From: Mobula hypostoma | Lineage: Eukaryota | Assembly (NCBI RefSeq): GCF_963921235.1 | Contig: NC_086109.1 | Location: 36,954,001-37,018,000 of the forward strand | Reading direction: 5' to 3' | DNA length: 64,000 nt | In this document: in pieces, positions 12,745-24,740 of the stretch | Position numbering within the stretch: position 1 is the stretch's first letter | How the letters are laid out: each line of letters begins with the position of its first letter | Program-made: the position numbers and the translations under genes | Notes under the pieces: generated by a model | Told to the model about the DNA's origin: nothing | The model's database searches: none | What the model saw: the letters and a program-made list of their open reading frames with translations, nothing else

Positions 12745-12951
12745 AATTAGAGGTACCGCACAGTAACAAGCCCTTCTGGCCCATCGAGCCTACACTACCC
12801 AATTTCATCCAATTAACCTACTAACTCATATGTAACCAGAGCAGCCAAAGGAAGCACAAGCAGTCACGGAGAGAATGTACAAATTCCTTGCAGAGAGTGG
12901 TGGAATTGAACTGCAATAGTGTTATGCTAACCACTAGGCTACCATGCTGCC
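12745..12951 (-). mobile_element. tRNA-derived V-SINE (HE1-like)
   Basis: Minus strand begins GGGCAGCATGGTAGCCTAGTGGTTAGC (A box), has a GTTCAATTCC B box, a V-domain-like core and a CR1-like 3' tail. Confidence 0.7.
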
Positions 12952-14019
12952 CAATCATAGAAAATTTCAACTACCTATTAATCCAACAGAAGGAATGGGT
13001 AAAGTGGGTAAGAAATCCAATGACCACAATGTATACAATATACATTTCTACATGATGGTGTACAATTAGCTCACATGGGGTGTAAAACAAAGCAGGTAAG
13101 ACAAGTGACAGCAGGAGAATATGTGGGCAGCAGCTGGCTGTGATGCATATTCACTTTCAATTTGAAGGTAGAGCTTTGCAAAGTAATGTAACCAGGAAAA
13201 TTGTGTCCATGAGTCAAACATAGAAAATGGGGTTATGTCACTTAGCACATCAAACTTAGCTACATTTTGGGGTAATTGTGTTTTCAGGGGGGGAGGGAAT
13301 ATCTCTCACAGTATTAACTGTGGATGTTTGGGATCTCTGTCACCAGAAGATTTTAAGACCATCTATGTGAGTTGCTTTGTCCCAGCAAAAGTACTTGGAA
13401 AAAAGTCACATGAAGCTGATGCCATCTAGTAGAAAATAGTACAAATACCATCACAGTTTGGGAATTGTTAGGAAGATAAGGTTACAGAAAGAAGAACGGG
13501 AATTCATTCCTCAAACTTTCGTTTCTGCAACAGACTCATTTGCGTGTAGCTCATTGGTATGTTGTTCTAGATCATAAGAATTGGACCTCTATTTGGAAAT
13601 CCTTTGTAGTTTGTAAAACTTTGTAATTTAGGAATCTTGTATAAATTGGAAGTCCTCTGTGTATTAAATGTGTGTTAAGAATAATTCGTTTGAATTTAAA
13701 TGTGTATCATTAAAACTAAAATAACTGTGTTTAAGCTACTTTGTTAGCGGGAAGGATCTCTTTGGTAGGGAGGAAAGAAGAAGTGCTATTAGCAGCTAAA
13801 CTTTTCCACTGAGGCTAGACAGAGAAGTAATTTAGTCCTTGAAAGGTAAGTGGATACAGTATAATCTCCCTATTGTGAGTGTATAAACATCTGCATATAT
13901 CAGATAGATTTTAAAATCTTCTTAGTTTAGGATTTTGCAGACAGGGAACCCAATGCCATCATATAGCCATGTACTTTAAGGTAATAACGTAGGAAGAGAT
14001 AAGTACAATGCAAACAGAT

Positions 14020-14760
14020 TAATAGATTAGAGGGGAAACACTCAAAGGGACTGAGAGTAGAACTTGGGGAGATAAAATGAGAAATAATACTAAGAAAGTT
14101 ATACAATGGCTTTCAAAGTGCAAGAAATACATTTCTCCCAGATGAAAAGAATAAACTAAGCATGTGTGCCAAAAAATTGAGGGAATAACTGAAGGTAAGA
14201 AAAGGCATATACTGTATTTAACACAAAAGCAATTGTATGGTGCATAATAGGATTCAAAAAGGAAGGGATGAGAAAATAAACAAAAAGGAGCTATTATATT
14301 ATCAAGGAATTTAGACAAAATAATAAAATAATTTACAGACATGTCCATAAAAAGTATCGTTAAAGTAGGAATGGGGTCATTAAATGATAGGAGTATATCA
14401 CAGGCACAAATGGGAATTGGAAGAAACATTAAGTTGTTATTTCATTTTAGCAATTATTGGAGTGAAAGAATGGGTGTGCAAGCAACTGAATGTTGAAATG
14501 AGTAATGAAATGACTACATTGCAGATTGATAAGCTAAACAATTTGAAAGAGGATAAAATTGCTGGGCCATTTGGATTGCATCCATGCATTGTATTACATG
14601 TAATATTACACATTGTATTATACCCGACAGAGAATTGTACTGAGCAAGATGATTGCAAAAAAAAAAGCTAAAGTAATAGCCTTAAGAAAAGCCATAGAAC
14701 ATGCTGTATTGTCAAAAGGGACTAATTTTACTGACTCCTGAGGAGATAACAGAAAGGGCA
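14020..14760 (+). mobile_element. Old degenerate CR1 fragment
   Basis: LKEDKIAGPFGLHP matches the CR1 KSPGPDGLHP motif. Confidence 0.5.
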
Positions 14761-14814
14761 GGCAATATTAGCCATGTGACATAATTTATAAAATCCTCCA
14801 AATGTTCCTCAGCA

Positions 14815-15335
14815 ATTTAGTTTCTATCTGTAACACCACAGGCATCTAGGGCAGCAATGAAGGTCCCTTATCTCTGTCTGTCTTTGGTCATCTTCTCTAC
14901 TGTGCCCCAACTGTGGTTCAGGGTCCTCACATTTCTGCCTTTGTAGTACGGTGCCAATTTGTCTTAGGCCTCCTACGTTTCCTCCACCCTTTAGGGTTCC
15001 AATGAAGTGCTGTCATGATGATGTAGTTGGCTTCGCTTCTCATTACATGCTCAATCCATCTCAAATATTTCATCATGATGATTGTGGCCATGACCTCTTG
15101 ATAACACTGAAGGAGTAGGGTGTGGTTGGAGATCTTGCTTGGCCAGACGGTATGAAGGATCTTACGGAAGCTGGTGGTGTGAAATGATGACGGCTTGGCA
15201 AGATCACTCTCTGTAATGTGCCAGCATTCTGACCCATGCAAACATGTGGACAGAAAGCAGCTCTGGCACAGCTTCTCATTGAACTGGACGCTGAATTTGG
15301 TAGATCCCCATATGTTGCTTATTAATTTGAAGATG
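14815..15335 (-). mobile_element. RTE-clade LINE 3' part (interrupted)
   Basis: HGSECW...RKILHTVWPSKISN...LRWIEHVMR...ALHWNPKGWRKRRRPK is a typical RTE C-terminus. The element continues at 17186-17385. Confidence 0.8.
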
Positions 15336-17185
15336 TTTCAAAGGTTCATTTAATGTCACAGAAATGTGTACAATATACATCCTGAAATGCTTTTACTTCG
15401 CAACTGTTACACAGAGCGACTGAGGAAAACCCAAGTGCAGGACATAGGCACAGAGACTTGACACGGAGATAGATTTGGACATGATTTGGACTTGGAACTT
15501 GACTTGGACTCGGAACTTGACTTGGACTCGGAGCCTAGAACTTGACTTGGACTCGGAGCTTGACTTGGACTCAGAATTTGACTTGGACTCAGAGCCTGGA
15601 ACTTGACATGACTTGGACTCAGAGCCTAGAACTTGACTTGGACTCGGAGCCTGGACCTGGACTGAACTCGGACTCGGAGCCTGGGCCTGCACTGAACTCA
15701 GACTCGGAGCCTGGAACTGGGCAGAACTCAGAACCTGGGCCTAGACTGAACTTGGAGCCTGGACCTGGAATGTGGAGACGACGACACCAAACAAAGACAG
15801 AGGATTCATATCTTGGCTCGGAGGAGCGGCAAATGACCAGCAATCCTCAGCTGGACCCAAAGAGACAGAATTCCCAACTTGGAATAACAGCAAACAATCG
15901 GACCTACTCAGCTGGGAATGAGACAACTAAACCAATCAATACGAATCTTTACACAGAGTAGCTCATGAAGCAGCAAATGGCCGGCAATCACTTAGCTGGA
16001 AACAAAGAGACAGAATTCGCAACTCGAAGTAGCGACAAACAGCCGGACCTACTCAGCTGGAAACAAGACGACAGAAACCAAACAATGACAGTCCATTTGT
16101 ACCTAGACATAGAGAAGCTCATGAAGACGGTCTCTTATTCTTGGTGGTTCAATGTGGCGACAGTCGGCCAGCAAATATCAGCCGAAGATCAAACGACAGA
16201 ATTCGCATTTTACCTCGGAGTAGCGGCAAAATGGCTGGCAACTCAGCTGGACAAAAAACAACTGAATTCACTAAGCAGCCACAGGCACCGAAGCAACTTA
16301 GAGTCCACGATTCTCGGCTGCTCTGGGACGAGCATAGCCGCACTGGCTAAGGTGATGAATCAGCAGCGTGTAGATGTAAGCCGGAGTTTTATGTTGCCTG
16401 TTTGGATGAGGATCAGGTTCCCTAATGAAGGAGCCCAGGGGAACATGGGGAAAAGGAAATTAAAGGGAAATGAGTAATCAACGGACCAGACCGTGACAGT
16501 AACCATCTACGAAAACAGAGGAGTGCCCCAAAGAATGAATGACAGTTAAATGTTAGAACCCCAAAGTCCCCCCCAGCTCCACCCTCCCGAGCGTAAAAGG
16601 CAGCGAGCAACAACCTCCCTCCCCCATTGATAAAAATAAAGCACACCGGCTACCAGCACCCAAGTGTGAGCAAAACAATAGCAAAGACACAGACTTGCAG
16701 TTACCCCAAAGACTACATTGTTCACCCGATAATTCGACATGCTGCAGGCACGGGAGAATGAAGTGACTCTATTCCATTTTCCAGCAAGCGGGGAGACATA
16801 ACAAACAACTCACTGGATTACGATGTTAAATTTCCGTTACGTCGCTTTTTCCGAGCTCTGTGCCTGGAGATTGCAAGGATCCCAGGTCCCCAGGCACATA
16901 GTAGATGTTCCGACTCCCCCAACAACACACAGATCTCCTGTGGCAACACCGACACTTGATTCGCCCATCTCCAGTTACTCAAGATCTTAGGCTTCTGAAA
17001 CCGTATCGAAATCTTAGGCCGAGACTTCTGCATGTCGAATAGCGGCCGATTGTGGAACCCCAAGAGCAGGTCCTATTCCCACAAAGAACTGTAGTCAGCG
17101 TATAACTCCAGGTCGGGGTATTCAAAAGAACCCTGAAAGGGATAAATAGAGATATTAAAGATGGAAACAGGACTGTTTCTAGCGC
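15336..17185 (-). mobile_element. Non-autonomous non-coding repeat inserted in the RTE element, itself split by a solo LTR
   Basis: Interrupts the RTE coding remnant. Its minus-strand 3' end 'attaaatgaacctttgaa' resembles LINE-type tails in this window. It rejoins across the LTR TSD as cttcgcaac|catctacg. Confidence 0.5.
15405..16498 (-). mobile_element. Solo LTR (Gypsy-type) related to 6054-7070
   Basis: TGTTAC...GTGACA ends with TSD GCAAC/GTAAC (1 mismatch). ACTTGG-type hexamer array at 15470-15770. Its 3' 'gtcctgcacttggg' matches 'gtcttgcacttgtg' in the 6054 LTR. Confidence 0.75.
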
Positions 17186-17385
17186 TGCTGATCATCCTTG
17201 GTCCTACCATCCTGTCGGATGATGCTGCCTCGGAATTTGCTGGTGCTGAGTAAGTCGATGCCATATGCCTTTATGGGAGGAGGAGAGTACTACATTGAGA
17301 GTCATGGTCTCAATCTTTCTCTGGTTGACTTTGAGTCCAACCTGTTCATCAAAGGTACACAGGCACTGACATTTCTCTTGCAAAT
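17186..17385 (-). mobile_element. RTE-clade LINE, upstream part of the 14815-15335 element
   Basis: Minus-strand translation QVGLKVNQRKIETMTLNV, then after a frameshift GSIIRQDGRTKDD, matches the RTE RT thumb region. Confidence 0.65.
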
Positions 17386-18190
17386 GCAGGTGGAACCCTG
17401 GTTTCCTTGGGCTGCGTTAAGTCGAGGGAATACACACTCAGGTCCTGCCAAATCCATGAGATTGGGACGGGTCTCCCAGCCAAACTCCGGTTTGTGTGAA
17501 GGCTGTGTAATTTGCTACCCTGTTACAAAGCGGTGCCAAGAAATAACAGACAGCATACAGCGTACGATTAAAGGGATTATACTTATGAATATTAACTTAA
17601 CTAAAGGGTTGGTAAAGAAAAGAAAGAAAAAAGCGAAAAGGGCCCAGTATAATTTAACAGTCAAATGTGCACAGGTTGGAGCTCACCTCTCCAGAATTCA
17701 TATTCACCGATCCTCAGTAGATCTCCGCACCTTGCTCCATTGAATCACGGTCCCCCACCAGGTCGAATCCCACCACTGGTTCTCTCCAGTGTCTTCTCTC
17801 TTCATCTCCCACTGAACAAAGACTCGAGCTCACACCGGTGTCAGATACACATAAAAGAAAAACCCGCTCACCTGATTGGAAAGCACCCATTGGTAGTGAA
17901 GCCTTTACCAGAGCGTCACACTGATGTGTATGTGATAGTAGTACGAGGTCATTCCACCAGATCAAGTTCTTCTAAAGCAGAGAATAGAATCCACCCAATG
18001 CATCTCTGCTTATCTTTCGTTATTTGCCTCATAACCCAGACAATCACCAGGTTAAACAATATTGCCAACATCACACAGCATTGCCTGTCTCCTATCTTGA
18101 CTTCACAGCTCAAACTGCAGTCTCCAACTGTGCAGGTGAAATTAGCATTGAGACTCTGGATGAACTGGACAATTTTGGAAGGGATCCCTG
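17386..18190. mobile_element. Probable LTR-like repeat
   Basis: CpG-richer non-coding block that abruptly truncates the RTE remnant. Boundaries and TSD are not resolved. Confidence 0.35.
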
Positions 18191-18209
18191 TTGATACTAC
18201 CAAAAACCT

Positions 18210-18600
18210 TTTCACAGTTCCCACCACTGAGCACATCTGCATGGATTGCTGTCACAGGAAAGCAGCATCCATCATCAAGGACCCCCACTGTCCACACCAT
18301 CACTGAAATCCTTGTGCAACCTATGGACTCACTTTCAAGGACTGTTCATTTCATGTTCTTGATATTTATTATTATTATTATTACTTCCTTATTTTTTTCT
18401 TTTTTATTTTTGTACTTGCATAGTTTGCATCTTGTTTGCACATTGGTTGTTTGTCCATTCTGTTGGGTGCAGTCTTCCATTAATTCTGTTGTGCTTCTTA
18501 GATTCACTATGATTGCAAGAAAATGAATCTCAGGGTTGTGTACATGATGACATATATGTACTTCAAGAATAAATTTACTTTGAATTTTGAACTATGAACT
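18210..18600 (+). mobile_element. Rex1/Babar-type LINE 3' fragment
   Basis: CCHRKAASIIKDPHCP motif and tail 'aataaatttactttgaattttgaac'. Confidence 0.7.
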
Positions 18601-19124
18601 TCAAGTTGTATCAAATATTATGTTATAGCCAGTGTAGCAGTGTGCAACAAAGTAAAGTTTTGAATAATATGTGCATTTAAGTTCTATATATTTTGTTGTT
18701 GCTTTGTTTGGATTTTGCTACTGTGCTCACAGAAAGCTGCATGAGTCTGGGCCACCTTTGTCAGGAACTTTCATGGCAGTTCTTCAAAGGAGCAAATTTG
18801 GCAAGATTTACGAGTACATGACTAATGTGGGTGCCTTCTAACGCATGTGGCCAATCAAGAAAATACTTATACATATTCCTGGAGACCATCTTTAACTTCG
18901 CAATGTTGCCTAGAATTCCATGTCAGCATAATCAGATGAAGGTTAATGTGATCACATGTAATGTGACATTGTTTAACCACACACAGAAAATATCTTTAAT
19001 TCCTTCATTCCTCATTCTTCCTGAGATAAATGATAAAAATATTTATATCGAATCAAAAATGAGCAATGTTGTATGCTTCGTAAGCATCAAAAGCACCTTA
19101 AAATCAAAATAATCTAACTCGTGC

Positions 19125-20816
19125 TAAGGTTCAAAGTAAATTTATTATCAAAGTGCATGTATATCATCATATACAACCTTGAAATTCACTTCCAGAAATT
19201 GAAAGACTATAGAACATAAACAGGGTATACTTTGTCCCAATAGTAATATCTACAACTGGTATCATCCCAAAGTCACTACACAATTGCTTTAAACAATTAG
19301 GTCTGCACAACAATAGTTATGTAAACCTCCAAAAAGCCACTAGACGCCACTAGAATAGTCAAAAAGTTCCTAGCAATTTGGAAGTGAGTGTGCTTGGCAA
19401 AATTGCAACAACATCAAACAAACAAATAAATAAGCAAGTAATAATTATCAATAACATAAAATTAAAAGACGTTGAAAGTGATTCCATAGGTTATGGGAAC
19501 AGTAATGGGATGAGTGAAATTGACTGAATATCCCTTCTGGTTCAAAAGCCTGATGGTTGAGGGGTAATAACTGATCTTGAAACTGGTGGTCAGCGTCCTA
19601 AGGCATTTGTACCTCTTTCCCGTTACAGCAGCGAGAAGACAGCAGGCCTAGATGATGGAAGTCCTGATGAAGGACGCTTCTTTCCTGCAACAGCGCTCCA
19701 TGTAGCTCAGCGATGGACTGGGCTGCACCCACTACTTTTTGTAGACTTTTCTCTTCAGGTGCATTGGTGTTTCCATACCAGGCTGTGAAGCAATCGGTTA
19801 ATATACTCTCTGCCACACATCCATAGAAGTTCATCTGTGTTTTAGATGACAAGCCAAATTTTCGCAAACTTTTAGGTAGAGGCACTGGTGTGCCTTCTTC
19901 ATAATGGCACTTACAGTATGTGTTGGTGCCAGGACAGATCTTCTGAAATGATAACACTGAGGAAATCTCTGATCTCCCAATGAGGACTGGCTCATGGACT
20001 TTTCATTTCCTCCTCCAGAACTCAATAATCTTCTCCCTGGTCTCTCTGACATTGAATGAGAGGTCGTTGTTGTAGCACCACTCAGCCAGACTTTCAGTCT
20101 CCCGACTATATGCTGATTCATCACCAGCTTTGATTCAGCCAATGACAGTGGTGTCATCAGCAAACTTAATTATGGCAAAGACTAACAAACAGCCAATACT
20201 CAAAAGACAAATAGTGCAAATAATAAAAAAGTAAATAATTAATACTGAGAACACGAATTGTAGATTCTTTGCATGTCTTTAGGTTATGAAGTCCGTTCAG
20301 TCTGGAGATGAATGAAGTTATCCACACTAATTCAGGAGCCTAATGATTGTAATAAGTGTTTTTTGAACTTGTCAGTGTGGGACCTAAGGCTCTGTACTTC
20401 CTACCTGGTGAGAAGAGAGCATAGCCAGGATGGTGATCTTACTTGATGGTGGATGCCACTCTCTTGTGGTGGTGCTCTACGTAAATGTGCTCAATGCTTG
20501 GGAAGTCTTTTCCTGTAATGGACTCTGCTGCTCCTATCACTTTCTGTAGATGATTCCATTCCTGGGTATTGATGTTTCCGTGCCAGGGCAGGAACTGGAT
20601 GGATTGTCACAATGTGCTGAATAGTTTCCATTTATTCCATGTATATGACTCTATGCCTCTACAACTTTGAAAGTGTGCTCAATGATGGGGAGGGCCAGTT
20701 AGGATACTCTCCACTTTACATCCAGAGAAGTTTGTCAGATTTTTAGATGACATGCCAAATCTACACAAAGTTCTAAGAAAGTAGGGGTGCAGTTGTGCTG
20801 TCTTTATGACGGCACT
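19125..20816 (-). mobile_element. Two or more degenerate Rex1/Babar-type LINE fragments
   Basis: 'gtttgctgatgacaccactgtcattggc' (FADDTTV) and LRKFGLSSKTQMNFYGCVAESILTDCFTAWYGN. Confidence 0.75.
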
Positions 20817-21512
20817 TAGATTAGATTAGATTAGATTATGAGGACACTCAGTCCTCATTTATTGTCATTTATAAATGTATACATGCATTAAGAAATAATA
20901 CAATGTTCCTCCAGAGTGATATCACACAAAAACAGGACAAACCAAAGACTAACACTGACAAAACCACATAATTATAAAATATAGTTACAGCAGTGCAAAA
21001 CAATACCATAATTTGATAAAGAACAGACCATGGGCACGGTAAAAAAAAGCCTCAAGTCCCGATTGACTCCTATAGTCCCCGCTAGCAGGCAGCAAAAAGG
21101 GAGAAACTCCCCTGCCATAAACCTCCAGGCACTGACAACTGACAACTGCCAATGCATTGGAAGCACCCGACCACAGCCGACTGAGTCCGTCTGAAAACTT
21201 CGAGCCTCCGACCAGCCCCTCTGATACAGCCTCCCGAGTGCCATCCTCTGCCGAGCACCTTCGGCCCCGCCCCGGCCTCCAAAACAAGCAAAGCCAAGGA
21301 CTCAGAGGCCTACTCCTCCTGAGATTCCAGATCACACAGTAGCAGCAGCAGCGAAGCGGGCATTTCAGAAATTTCTCCAGATGTTCCTCCGTGCTCTCAC
21401 GTCTGTCTCCATCAAATCAGAATTGTGCACGGTACCCTACTTAATAAATACAGATATCATTCCGGAGTGGCCGTGTGCACTGCGTTGCGCCGCCATCTTC
21501 TCCTCCTCCTCC
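20817..21512 (-). mobile_element. Non-autonomous ~690-bp retroelement, copy A (GGAGAAGATGGCG head, 3' stem-loop, (AATCT)n tail)
   Basis: Collinear with 35167-35853. Inserted into a Rex1 remnant (ggcactta|...|ttatgtgctgg). Confidence 0.8.
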
Positions 21513-21809
21513 TTATGTGCTGGTTCCGGGAATGTTCAGCTTATATGGTAAATCCAAGGAATTTAATTTACTAACGTGGAATTTAAAGTTGGTGATTTCA
21601 GTCTGCATGAATTCTCTACAACCAATGTGAACATCGAAATAGTTTCCAAAATAAAAATATGATAGTTACTGGAAATCTGTAATTAAAAATAAATTCAAAA
21701 AATGTTGGATGTATTCATTGGGTGAGGCAGCATTGGTGGGAGAGGAACAGAATGTTTCAGGTCAGTGAACTTTCATCAGAGTATTTTAATGAGGGTAAAG
21801 GTAATCTTA

Positions 21810-22105
21810 TGTATAAGATTATAAGAGGCATAGATAGAGTGGACCTCCAACGTGGCAAGGGCTAATGTCAGAGGATATCATTTTAAACTGTGGAGGAAGA
21901 CTTAAGGGAAATATCAGAGGTCGAGAGAGGGAAACGCCTGGAGTGCTTAACTGATGGTGGTGGTAAAGACGGATACATTCGAAACATTTAGGCACGTAGG
22001 TGAAAGATAAATGGGGGGTTATGGGCTTGGATTGATTGTGCAGTAGGTTAAAAGATCAGTACTACATTGTGGGCCGAAGGGCTTGCACTGTGTTCTACTG
22101 TTTTC
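21810..22105 (+). mobile_element. CR1 3' fragment
   Basis: 'gtataagattataagaggcatagatagagtggac' and 3' 'tgtgggccgaagggcttgcactgtg'. Confidence 0.75.
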
Positions 22106-22488
22106 TGTTGTTGTTGGTTGGAGTTTGATTGGCACAGACAAATAGGGGAGGCTTCAAATTATAATTCCGCCTGATATACTAAATGTTTTAAAACTCTGTC
22201 GAATTATAACAAAACTTGAAAAGGGAGGAATAACATCAATTCACTCCATCAAATTCATTCTTCCATACAGCAAGTTCTTAATCAAATGAGAGAAATTTGA
22301 GTGATGATGAAAGATGGATGACATTGAATTTGCTCCTTATTATATTTCACTCCCATGTCTTCTGTCCCCAGAAAAGGAAAATAGGCAGCTAATTTGATAA
22401 TATCATCTCTCATTGTTAAATATTCCTCCTATAAATTGTATGAGCAATCATCAATTCAGAGGAGTTATATCTTATGATCTTAAGTCAG

Positions 22489-24505
22489 TATCAGAATCAG
22501 AATCAGGTTTATTATCACTGGCATGTGACATGAAATTTGTTAACTTAGCAGCAGCAGTTCAATGCAATGCATAATCTAGCAGAGAAAAAATAAATAAAAT
22601 TTAAAAAAAATGATAAATAAACAAGTATATTGAATAGATTTTTTAAAATCATGCAAAAACAGAAATACTGTATATTTTTAAAAAAGTGAGGTAATGTCCA
22701 AATATTCAATGTCCATTTAGGAATCGGATGGCAGAGGGGAAGAAGCTGTTCATGAATTGTTGAGTGTGTGCCTTCAGGCTTCTGTACCTCCTACCTGATG
22801 GTAACAGTGAGTAAAGGACATGCCCTGGATGCTGGAGATCCTTAATAATTGATGCTGCCGTTCTGAGACACGCTCCCTAAAGATGTCCTGGGTACGTTGT
22901 AGGCTAGTAACCAAGATGGAGCTGACTAGATTTACAACCCTCTGCAACTTCTGTCAGTCCTATGCAGTAGCTCCTCAATACCAGACAGTGATGCAGCCTG
23001 TTAGAATGCTCTTCACGGTACATCTATAGAAGTTTTTGAGAGTATTTGTTGACATACCAAATCTCTTCATACTCCTAATAAAGTATAGCCACTGTCTTGT
23101 CTTCTTTATAACTACATCAATATGTTGGGACCAGGTTAGATCCTCAGCGATCTTGACACCAAGGAACTTGAAGCAGCTCACTCTCTCCACTTCTGATCCC
23201 TCTATGAGGATTGGTATGTTTTCCTTTGTCTTACCCTTCCTGAAGTCCACAATCAGCTCTTTCGTCTTACTGATGTTGAGTGCCAGTTTGTTGCTGCGAC
23301 ACCACTCCACTAGTTGGCATATCTCATTCCTGTACGCCCTCTCATCATCACCTAAGATTCTACCAACAATGGTTGTATCGTCTGCAAATTTACAGATGGT
23401 ATTTGAGTTATGCCTAGCCACACAGTCATGTGTATATAGAGAGTAGAGCAGTGGGCTAAGCACACACCCCTGAGGTGCACCAGTGTTGATCATCAGTGAA
23501 GAGGATATGTTATCACCAATCCGCACAGACTGTGGTCTTCCGGTTGGGAAGTAGAGGTTCCAATTGCAGAGGGATGTACAGAGGCCCAGGTTCTGCAACT
23601 TCTCAATCAGGATTGTGGGAATGATGGTATTAAATGCTGAGCTATAGTGATGAACAGCACCCTGACGTAGATGTTTGTGTTATTCAGGTGGTCTGAAGCC
23701 ATGTAGAGAGCCATTGAGACTGCATCTGCCATTGACCTATTCTGGCGATAGGCAAATTGCAATGGTTCCAGGTCCTTGCTGAGGCAGGAGTTCAGTCTAA
23801 TCATGACCAACCTCTCAAAGCATTTCATCACTGTCGATGTGAGTGCTACTGAACAATAGTCATTAAGGCAGCTCACATTATTATTCTTAGGCACTGGTAT
23901 AATTGTTGCCTTTTTGAAGCAAGTGGGAACTTCTGTCCGTAGCAGTGAGAGGTTGAAAATGTCCTTGAATACTCCCGCTAGTTGGTTGGCACAGGATTTC
24001 AGAGCCTTACCAGGTACTCCATCAGGACTATCCACCTTGTGAGAGTTCACTCTCTTTAAAGACAGCCTAACATTGGCCTCTGAGGCAGAGATCACAAGGT
24101 TATCAGGTGCAGTAGGGATCTTCACAACTGTAGATGTGTTCTTCCTTTCAAAGAGTGCATAGAAGGCACTGAGTTCATCTGGTAGTGAAGCATCGCTGCC
24201 ATTATTGCTATTGGGTTTCGCTTTGTGGGAAGTAATGTCTTGTAGACCCTGCCAGCGTTGCCGTGCATCCAATGTCTCTTCCAACCTCATTCGAAATGTC
24301 TCTTCACCTTTGAAATAACCCTCCCCAAATCATACCTGGTTTTCTGGTACAGGCCTGGGTCACCAGACTTGAATGCCACAGATCTAGCCTTTAACAGATG
24401 ACGTACCTCATGGTTCATTCACGACTTTTGGTTTGGGAATGTACAGTAAGTCTTTGTGGGAACACACTCAATCACACAGCTTTTAATGAAGTCGGTAACT
24501 GCAAC
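22489..24505 (-). mobile_element. Rex1/Babar-type LINE, ~2 kb RT pseudogene with (CTGATT)n tail
   Basis: [65 protein letters not shown] and KFADDTT, with frameshifts and stops. Confidence 0.92.
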
Positions 24506-24509
24506 AACT

Positions 24510-24740
24510 GAATTAGAATCAGATTTAATATCACCGGAATACGTTGTGAAAATTGTTGTCTTTGCGGTAGCGTGATGCAATACATAATAATAGAAAAAAA
24601 CTATGAAATACAGTAAGTATATACTGTATGTATAAATAGTTGAATTAAATAAGGAATGCAAAAATAGAAATAAAATAAAGTAGTCAGGTAGTGTTTGTGG
24701 GTTCAATGTCCACTCAGAAATCAGACGACAAAAGGGAAGA
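24510..24740 (-). mobile_element. Rex1-type 3' tail fragment
   Basis: 'ggtgatattaaatctgattct' tail and a 3' UTR similar to 22489-22740. Confidence 0.6.

Noticed and set aside
12920..12951. tRNA gene
   Set aside because: tRNA-like head of a SINE followed by V-domain and LINE tail, with no complete cloverleaf. The same applies at 27250-27320, 28970-29030 and 42141-42180.
15470..15770. CRISPR-like array
   Set aside because: Degenerate tandem hexamers without unique spacers, in a eukaryotic context with no cas genes.
15393..16477. Overlapping ORFs of 99-170 aa with SEPGPG/SESKSS repeats
   Set aside because: They arise from stop-free hexamer arrays inside a solo LTR and are open in several frames on both strands. 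Not a gene.
17198..18306. 181-aa and 213-aa plus-strand ORFs
   Set aside because: They run across boundaries of unrelated repeats (antisense RTE, LTR-like block, Rex1 tail) and show no recognisable domain.
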